Source: an uncultured Candidatus Rokubacteria bacterium (lineage in GTDB: Bacteria; Methylomirabilota; Methylomirabilia; Rokubacteriales; DASRDR01). From it: DNA of 64,000 nucleotides. The translations under genes and the position numbers were made by a program. Of the stretch, positions 47,780-64,000 are shown in pieces (the first letter of the stretch is position 1; each line of letters opens with the position of its first letter). The notes below the pieces were generated by a model. The model saw only the letters and a program-made list of their open reading frames with translations, was not told the origin of the DNA and made no database searches. The stretch spans positions 176,122 through 240,121 of the forward strand of contig CAWGVS010000002.1 of assembly GCA_963826115.1 (NCBI GenBank). Direction: 5' to 3'.

Positions 47780-48064
47780 CTACTTGAGCGCCGTCGACTT
47801 CTCGGTGTGCGAGCCGTGGGCCCGGAAGGTCCGCGTCGGCGAGAACTCCCCGAGCTTGTGGCCGACCATGTTCTCCGTCACGTACACCGGGATGAACTTC
47901 TTCCCGTTGTGGACCGCCAGCGTGTGGCCGACGAAATCCGGGCTGATCGTCGAGCGGCGCGACCAGGTCTTGATGACCTTCTTCTGCCGCGACGCGTTCA
48001 GCGCCTCGACCTTCTCGATGAGGTGCTGGTCGATGAACGGCCCCTTACTGACCGAGCGTCCCAC
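47780..48064 (-). CDS. rpsS: 30S ribosomal protein S19
   Basis: KTWSRRSTI and [13 protein letters not shown] motifs. Confidence 0.97.
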   Translation of the reverse strand: MGRSVSKGPFIDQHLIEKVEALNASRQKKVIKTWSRRSTISPDFVGHTLAVHNGKKFIPVYVTENMVGHKLGEFSPTRTFRAHGSHTEKSTALK

Positions 48065-48073
48065 GTCGTCCTC

Positions 48074-48895
48074 CTACCGGCGCCGCCGCGCCACGATGTA
48101 GCGGTCCGAGGGCTTGCGCCGGCGCGTCTTGGCGCCCTTGGTGGGCTTGCCCCACGGGGTCATCGGGTGGTTGCCCTTGCCCCGACCCTCGCCGCCGCCC
48201 ATAGGATGGTCCACGGGGTTCATGGCCGTTCCGCGCACCGTCGGCCGGATCCCGTACCACCGGCTCCGCCCCGCCTTCCCGACGGAGACGTTCTCGTGGT
48301 CGAGGTTCCCCACCTGTCCGATCGTCGCCAGACAGGTCTGGTGGATCAGCCGGATCTCGCCCGAGGGGAGCTTGACGTGCGCCATCTCCCCTTCCTTCGC
48401 CACGAGCTGGGCGCCGGTGCCGGCGCTCCGGCAGAGCTGCCCCCCCTTGCCGGGCTGGAGCTCGACGTTGTGGATCGTCGTGCCCGCCGGGATCGCCCGG
48501 AGCGGCAGCGCGTTGCCCGGCAGGATGTCGGCGGTCGGTCCCGACACCACGGTGTCCTCGACCTTGAGGCCGTGGGGCGCGAGGATGTATCGCTTCTCCC
48601 CGTCACGGTAGTGGAGCAGCGCGATCCGGGCGCTGCGATTCGGGTCGTACTCGATCGCCGCCACCTTCGCCGGCACGCCGAACTTCTCGCGCCGGAAGTC
48701 GACCAGCCGAATCTTGCGCTTGTGGCCGCCCCCGATGTGCCGGGTGGTGATGCGCCCCAGCGCGTTCCGCCCGCCGGTCCGCTTCTTGGTGACGACGAGC
48801 GCCTTCTCGGGCCGGGTCTTCGTGATCTCGTCGAACGAGAGCACGGTCTGGAACCGTCGACCCGCCGACGTCGGCTTGAGCGTCCTAACCGCCAT
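48074..48895 (-). CDS. rplB: 50S ribosomal protein L2
   Basis: [12 protein letters not shown] and [14 protein letters not shown] motifs. Confidence 0.97.
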   Translation of the reverse strand: MAVRTLKPTSAGRRFQTVLSFDEITKTRPEKALVVTKKRTGGRNALGRITTRHIGGGHKRKIRLVDFRREKFGVPAKVAAIEYDPNRSARIALLHYRDGEKRYILAPHGLKVEDTVVSGPTADILPGNALPLRAIPAGTTIHNVELQPGKGGQLCRSAGTGAQLVAKEGEMAHVKLPSGEIRLIHQTCLATIGQVGNLDHENVSVGKAGRSRWYGIRPTVRGTAMNPVDHPMGGGEGRGKGNHPMTPWGKPTKGAKTRRRKPSDRYIVARRRR

Positions 48896-48923
48896 GGTCT
48901 CCGTCCTGTCTTTCGGTGTTCGG

Positions 48924-49211
48924 CTACGACTCGAAGAGCTCGATCTTGTTGTCCGGCGCGAGCTGGACCACGGCCTTCTTCCACGACGGCCGGCGGCCCA
49001 CGAAGCGGCCCATCCGCTTCTCCTTGCCGTACACCACCTGCGTCCGCACGTCGGTCACCTTCACGTTGAAGATCTTCTCGACGGCCCGCCGGATGTCGAC
49101 CTTGTTGGCGTCGAGCGCCACCTGGAAGCTCACCTGGTTGCGGTCGTCCTTGAGCGTCGTCGCCTTCTCGGTCACGAGCGGCCGGAGCACGACCTGCCGG
49201 GAGTCCCTCAT
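48924..49211 (-). CDS. rplW: 50S ribosomal protein L23
   Basis: PLVTEKA and WKKAVV motifs; ATG 49211. Confidence 0.95.
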   Translation of the reverse strand: MRDSRQVVLRPLVTEKATTLKDDRNQVSFQVALDANKVDIRRAVEKIFNVKVTDVRTQVVYGKEKRMGRFVGRRPSWKKAVVQLAPDNKIELFES

Positions 49212-49843
49212 GCGAGTCCCTCCTGCGTCGCCACCAACGCCTGCCGCTCCGCCACCACCCGGTCGTGCCGGAGGAGGTCGGCGACCGAGACGTGTCCCGG
49301 CCGTCCGATCTTCAGCCACGAGACGTTCCGGCACGCACGCGCCAGCGCGTCGCTGTGCTGCGCGACCACGAGGAGCGTGCGCGTCTTGGAGACCCCGAGT
49401 CCGGCCAGCCAGGTGACCACCGCCTTCGTCTTCGGCTCCGCGAGCTCGAGCCGCTCGACCACGAGGAGCTGCCCGCCGGCGACCTTGTCGGTCCACGCCG
49501 CCCGGAGGGCCCCGCGGCGCGCGCTCCGCGGCATCGCCTGGTCGTACCGGCGCGGCGTCGGCCCGAAGGGCTTGCCGCCGCCCTTCCACTGGGTCGCGCG
49601 GATCGAACCCTGGCGGGCGCGCCCGGTCCCCTTCTGCTTCCAGGGCTTCCGGCCGCCGCCCGACACCTCACTCCGGCCCTTCGTGTCGTGGGTGCCGGCG
49701 CGCTGGCCGTTCAGCTCCCGCACGACCGCCTGGTGGAGGAGCGCCTTGTGGATCGGCGCGCCGAACACCGCCGCGTCGAGCTCGAGCGTGCCGCGGGCCT
49801 TGCCGCCCGCATCGATCACGTTCACGGTCACCGTGCTCGCCAT
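49208..49843 (-). CDS. rplD: 50S ribosomal protein L4
   Basis: KPWKQKGTGRARQGS. Confidence 0.96.
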   Translation of the reverse strand: MASTVTVNVIDAGGKARGTLELDAAVFGAPIHKALLHQAVVRELNGQRAGTHDTKGRSEVSGGGRKPWKQKGTGRARQGSIRATQWKGGGKPFGPTPRRYDQAMPRSARRGALRAAWTDKVAGGQLLVVERLELAEPKTKAVVTWLAGLGVSKTRTLLVVAQHSDALARACRNVSWLKIGRPGHVSVADLLRHDRVVAERQALVATQEGLA

Positions 49844-49850
49844 CGCTCGC

Positions 49851-50522
49851 TCACGCCTTCTTCGCAGCCTGCTGCTGCGCCTTCGACAGCTTCACGCTCT
49901 TCCGCACCAGCAGGAGCCCGCCGGTGGCGCCGGGGATGGCGCCCTTCACCACGAGGAGGTGCTGCTCGGGGAGCACGCGGACCACCTCGAGGTGCGGGGT
50001 CGTGACCTGAACGGCCCCCATCCGGCCCGGGAGCCGGTGGCCGGGGAACACGCGCGAGGGATCGGACGACGCGCCGATGGAGCCGGGCGCCCGGTGGAAC
50101 ATCGAGCCGTGGCTCGCCTCGCCGCCGGTCCACCCGTGGCGCTTGATGCCGCCCTGGAAACCGCGGCCCTTCCGGAGGCCCGTGATGTCCACCAGCTCGC
50201 CGGGCTTGAACAGGTCCACCGTCAGCGTCTGCCCGACCTGGTACCCGTCGACCGACTCGAGCCGCACCTCGCGCAGGACGCGCGACGCCCCGACGCCGGC
50301 CTTCTTGAAGTGCCCGGCCATCGGCTTTCGCACCTTCTTCCGCTTCGGCTCGAACCCGAGCTGGAGGGCGGTGTAGCCGTCGGTCGCCTGGGTCTTCACC
50401 TGCACGACGGTGCAGGGCCCGGCCTCGAGCACGGTCACCGGCACGATGTTCCCGTCGTCGGCGAAGACCTGCGTCATGCCGCGCTTGCGCGCGATCAACC
50501 CCTGCTTCATCGCCTTGGCCAT
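49851..50522 (-). CDS. rplC: 50S ribosomal protein L3
   Basis: GMTQVF, DGYTALQLG, KGRGFQG and HRAPGSIG motifs. Confidence 0.96.
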   Translation of the reverse strand: MAKAMKQGLIARKRGMTQVFADDGNIVPVTVLEAGPCTVVQVKTQATDGYTALQLGFEPKRKKVRKPMAGHFKKAGVGASRVLREVRLESVDGYQVGQTLTVDLFKPGELVDITGLRKGRGFQGGIKRHGWTGGEASHGSMFHRAPGSIGASSDPSRVFPGHRLPGRMGAVQVTTPHLEVVRVLPEQHLLVVKGAIPGATGGLLLVRKSVKLSKAQQQAAKKA

Positions 50523-50540
50523 GATGGACGCCCCGTTTGC

Positions 50541-50858
50541 CTAGAACTTGATCTCGACGTCGACGCCGGACGGCAGGTCGAGCTTGGTCAGGGCGTCGAC
50601 CGTCTGCGGGGTCGGATCGAGGATGTCGAGGAGCCGCTTGTGGGTCCGCATCTCGAACTGCTCCCGCGACTTCTTGTCGACGTGGGGCGACCGGAGGACC
50701 GTCCAACGGTTGATCGCGGTCGGGAGCAGAACCGGCCCCGCGACGCGGGCCCCGGTGCGGCGCACCGTCTCGACGATCTCCTTCACGGAGCGGTCCAGGA
50801 GGCGGTGGTCGTACGCGCGCAGGCGGATCCGGATCTTCTGATCGGTCAACAGGACCAC
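50541..50858 (-). CDS. rpsJ: 30S ribosomal protein S10
   Basis: [11 protein letters not shown] and [13 protein letters not shown] motifs. Confidence 0.97.
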   Translation of the reverse strand: MVLLTDQKIRIRLRAYDHRLLDRSVKEIVETVRRTGARVAGPVLLPTAINRWTVLRSPHVDKKSREQFEMRTHKRLLDILDPTPQTVDALTKLDLPSGVDVEIKF

Positions 50859-50862
50859 GGCG

Positions 50863-52059
<1,197 letters not shown>

Positions 52060-52084
52060 CTGTCCGTCCTCCCGAGCCTCTCGC

Positions 52085-54193
52085 TCAGCGGGAGCCCGCG
52101 CGGGCGGGAGCTCGGCCGGCCACCTTGGCCATGATCTCTTCGGCCAAGCTGGTCGGGACCTCCTCGTAGCGGGCGAACTGCATGGTGTACGTGGCGCGCC
52201 CCTGGGTAGCGGAGCGCAGATCGGTCGCGTAACCGAACATGGTGGCGAGCGGAACGGTGGCGCGGATCACCTGCGAGGAGCCCCGGGCCTCCATCGACAC
52301 GATCCGGCCGCGCCGCGATGCGAGGTCGCCGTGGACGGCGCCCATGTACTCCTCGGGCGTTACGACCTCGACCTGCATGATCGGCTCCAGGAGCACCGGG
52401 CTGGCGCGCTTCACCGCGTCCTTGAACGCCATCGAGCCCGCGATCTTGAACGCCATCTCGGAGGAGTCGACGTCGTGGTACGACCCGTCCATGAGCGACA
52501 CCTGGACGTCGACGACCGGGTAGCCGGCGAGCACCCCGCTCTCCAGCGCCTCCCGGATGCCCTTTTCCACGGCCGGGATGTACTCGCGGGGCACCGACCC
52601 GCCCACGATCTTGTTCTCGAAGACGAACCCCTTGCCCGGCACGGGCTCCACCTCGATCTCCACGTCGCCGTACTGGCCCCGGCCGCCCGTCTGCCGCACA
52701 AACCGCCCGCGGGCCTCGGCCTTGCGGCGGATCGTCTCGCGGTAGGCCACTTCCGGCCGCCCGACATTGGCCTCGACCTTGAACTCCCGCAGAAGCCGGT
52801 CGACGATGATCTCCAGGTGGAGCTCGCCCATCCCCGAAATGAGCGTCTGGCCGGTCTCAGCGTCGACGGCGACCCTGAACGTCGGATCCTCGAGGGCCAG
52901 CCGGCCCATGGACAGGCTGAGCTTCTCGTCGTCGGCCTTCGTCTTCGGCTCGATCGCCACCGAGATCACGGGCTCCGGAAAGTCCATCCGCTCGAGCACG
53001 ATCGGCCGGTTCGGGTCGGCGAGCGTGTCGCCGGTGCGCGCGAACTTGAGGCCGACCACGGCGGCGATGTCCCCCGCGCCGACGCTCTCGATCTCCTCGC
53101 GCTTGTTCGCGTGCATCCGGAGCAGGCGTCCGATCCGCTCCTTCTTCTGCTGCGTCGAGTTGTAGACGTGCATGCCGGACGCGAGCGTCCCCGCGTACAC
53201 GCGGAGAAACGTCAACTGGCCCACGAAGGGGTCGTTCATCAGCTTGAACGCGAGCGCCGTGAACGGCTCGGCGTCCGAGGCCTGCCGCGTCTCCGGCTCA
53301 CCGGTCTCGGGGTTGATCCCCTCCATCGGCGGGATGTCGAGCGGCGACGGGAGATAGTCGACGACGGCGTCGAGGAGCGGCTGGACGCCCTTGTTCTTGA
53401 AAGACGCCCCGCAGATCACCGGCACGTACTTCATGGCGAGGGTGCCGGCCCGGACCGCCGCCCGGAGATCCGCGGGCTCGATCTTCTTGTCCTCGAGGTA
53501 GTGCTCCATCAGCTTCTCATCGACGTCGGACAAGGCCTCCACCAGATGCTCCCGGTACTCGCGCACCTGGGCCGCGTACTCGGCGGGGATTGCCACGCGC
53601 TCGAACTCCGTCCCGAGATTGGCGTCCGTCTCCGGCCAGATCAGCGCGGTCTCCTCGATCAGGTCGATAACGCCCCGGAAGCCATCCTCCGCCCCGAGGG
53701 GCAGCTGGAGGACCACCGGGATCACGCCGAGCCGGCTCCGAATCATGTCCAGCGAGCGGGTGTAGTCCGCGCCGGTGCGATCCATCTTGTTGACGTAGAT
53801 GATGCGGGGGACCCGGTACTTGTCGGCCTGTCGCCAGACCGTCTCCGTCTGGGGCTCGACCCCCGCCACCGCGTCCAGGATCGCGACCGCACCGTCGAGG
53901 ACGCGGAGCGAGCGCTCCACCTCCATCGTGAAGTCGACGTGGCCTGGCGTGTCGATGATGTTGATGCGGCAGTCGCGCCAGAAGCACGTGGTCGCGGCGG
54001 ACGTGATGGTGATGCCGCGCTCCTGCTCCTGGACCATCCAGTCCATCGTGGCGGTCCCCTCGTGCACCTCGCCGATCTTGTACGACCGGCCGGTGTAGTA
54101 GAGGATCCGCTCGGTGGTGGTGGTCTTCCCGGCATCAATGTGCGCCATGATGCCGATGTTGCGCGTCCGATCCAGCGGATACTGCCGTTCCAT
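52085..54193 (-). CDS. fusA: Elongation factor G
   Basis: [23 protein letters not shown] and GMGELHL motifs. Confidence 0.98.
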   Translation of the reverse strand: MERQYPLDRTRNIGIMAHIDAGKTTTTERILYYTGRSYKIGEVHEGTATMDWMVQEQERGITITSAATTCFWRDCRINIIDTPGHVDFTMEVERSLRVLDGAVAILDAVAGVEPQTETVWRQADKYRVPRIIYVNKMDRTGADYTRSLDMIRSRLGVIPVVLQLPLGAEDGFRGVIDLIEETALIWPETDANLGTEFERVAIPAEYAAQVREYREHLVEALSDVDEKLMEHYLEDKKIEPADLRAAVRAGTLAMKYVPVICGASFKNKGVQPLLDAVVDYLPSPLDIPPMEGINPETGEPETRQASDAEPFTALAFKLMNDPFVGQLTFLRVYAGTLASGMHVYNSTQQKKERIGRLLRMHANKREEIESVGAGDIAAVVGLKFARTGDTLADPNRPIVLERMDFPEPVISVAIEPKTKADDEKLSLSMGRLALEDPTFRVAVDAETGQTLISGMGELHLEIIVDRLLREFKVEANVGRPEVAYRETIRRKAEARGRFVRQTGGRGQYGDVEIEVEPVPGKGFVFENKIVGGSVPREYIPAVEKGIREALESGVLAGYPVVDVQVSLMDGSYHDVDSSEMAFKIAGSMAFKDAVKRASPVLLEPIMQVEVVTPEEYMGAVHGDLASRRGRIVSMEARGSSQVIRATVPLATMFGYATDLRSATQGRATYTMQFARYEEVPTSLAEEIMAKVAGRAPARAGSR

Positions 54194-54298
54194 CGACTCT
54201 AGCTCCGACCCTTTTCCCGGCCCACCGCCGATGCCGACACCCGCGCCGCGGTCACGCGGGTGGGTGGAGGCGGGCGCGGGGGCCCGATTCGTTACGAG

Positions 54299-54769
54299 CT
54301 ACCAGCGGTAGTGCGCGAACGCCTTGTTGGCCTCGGCCATGCGGTGGGTGTCCTCACGCTTCTTCACGGCCGTCCCGCGGTTGTTCGCCGCGTCAAGAAG
54401 CTCCGCCGCCAGCCGCTCCTGCATCGTCTTCTCCGGCCGTGACCGCGCGAACCCGACCAGCCAGCGCATCGACAGCGACGTCCGGCGCTCCGGCCGCACC
54501 TCGACCGGCACCTGGTACGTCGAGCCGCCCACGCGGCGCGACTTCACCTCGAGCGCCGGCTTGACGTTGTCCACCGCCTGCTTGAACAGCTTGAGGGGAT
54601 CCTGCTTGGCGCGATCGGCCATGAGGTCGAGCGCGTTGTACATGATCCCTTCGGAGAGGCTGCGCTTCCCCCCGTGCATCATCACGTTGATGAACTTCGC
54701 CACCAGGCGGCTCCCGTACTTCGGATCCGGGTTGACCTCTCGGCGCTGGATGATGGCTCGTCGCGGCAT
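54299..54769 (-). CDS. rpsG: 30S ribosomal protein S7
   Basis: [12 protein letters not shown] and [12 protein letters not shown] motifs. Confidence 0.97.
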   Translation of the reverse strand: MPRRAIIQRREVNPDPKYGSRLVAKFINVMMHGGKRSLSEGIMYNALDLMADRAKQDPLKLFKQAVDNVKPALEVKSRRVGGSTYQVPVEVRPERRTSLSMRWLVGFARSRPEKTMQERLAAELLDAANNRGTAVKKREDTHRMAEANKAFAHYRW

Positions 54770-54784
54770 CGTCGAGGCTCCTGG

Positions 54785-55168
<384 letters not shown>

Positions 55169-55253
55169 CGAACCCCTTCCGCTACGGCTCGTTGACAGGT
55201 TTCCCGGGGACGGCGTCGCAGGGCACGGCCGACACCAGGGCCAAAACTCCAGT

Positions 55254-59528
<4,275 letters not shown>

Positions 59529-59654
59529 TCATCGGGGGGTGGTCCCCCCCGCGCCGTCCAACGGGGACGGCCGCCGCCCCGGCGCGCGCGCCGGGGATGC
59601 CCTTCCAACGACCCGCGCTAGGGGCGCCGGGTCGAGATAGCCGCGTCCTGCACG

Positions 59655-63663
<4,009 letters not shown>

Positions 63664-63834
63664 CTATCCCCTCAGCCCCGGTGTTCCGGGGTGCTCGGAG
63701 TCAATCTGCGCACGTTCCGTCCCGAGCCGGCTCGGACGGTCTGCCGCCTGGGCCCGCGGGAATGCCCCGCGAGCGACGCAAGCTCGCCCCATCCCAGCGC
63801 GCTTGGTCAGGCGCGCGACCGTCGGCACGCGGCC

Positions 63835-64000
63835 CTACTTGACCTCGACGGCGGCGCCGACCTCCTCGAGCTTCTTCTTCATGTCCTCGGCCTCGGCCTT
63901 CGACACCTTCTCCTTCACCGGCTTCGGCGCCTCGTCGACGACGGCCTTGGCCTCCTTCAGGCCGAGCCCCGTCAGCTCGCGCACGACCTTGATGACCTGG
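63835..64000 (-). CDS. rplL: 50S ribosomal protein L7/L12, C-terminal part
   Basis: Manual translation [54 protein letters not shown]. Confidence 0.95.
   Translation of the reverse strand, partial: QVIKVVRELTGLGLKEAKAVVDEAPKPVKEKVSKAEAEDMKKKLEEVGAAVEVK

Overview
High-GC bacterial chromosome segment; gene content suggests Candidatus Rokubacteria/Methylomirabilota, which is an inference. 1-11 kb holds catabolic and envelope genes: a sugar-phosphate nucleotidyltransferase, Tat-exported lactonase, amidohydrolase, HAD, TPP enzyme, membrane glycosyltransferase-like protein with an ILEI-like domain, and an M20 hydrolase. 11-30.4 kb is one continuous minus-strand respiratory cluster. It encodes a cytochrome bd-like subunit I with no subunit II and no quinol-binding motif, a dihaem cytochrome c, a trihaem cytochrome c fused to an EbdC-like haem-b domain, two cupredoxin-like proteins, and a full A1-type aa3 oxidase with ctaA/ctaB. 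It ends in an uncharacterised module (USP-USP/rubredoxin fusion, AhbD/NirJ-like radical SAM, 4x PCP_red protein, Mrp ATPase) that carries eight PCP_red-like repeats in three proteins. 30.9-35.6 kb holds trxA, thiL, two CNNM/CBS proteins and a dienelactone hydrolase. 35.6-64 kb is the rplL-rpoB-rpoC-str-S10-spc-alpha superoperon. Its rpoA is divergent and has no alpha-CTD, and rpoB/rpoC carry about six single-base indels that are probably sequencing errors. Domain calls come from motif recognition by eye; no database searches were run.
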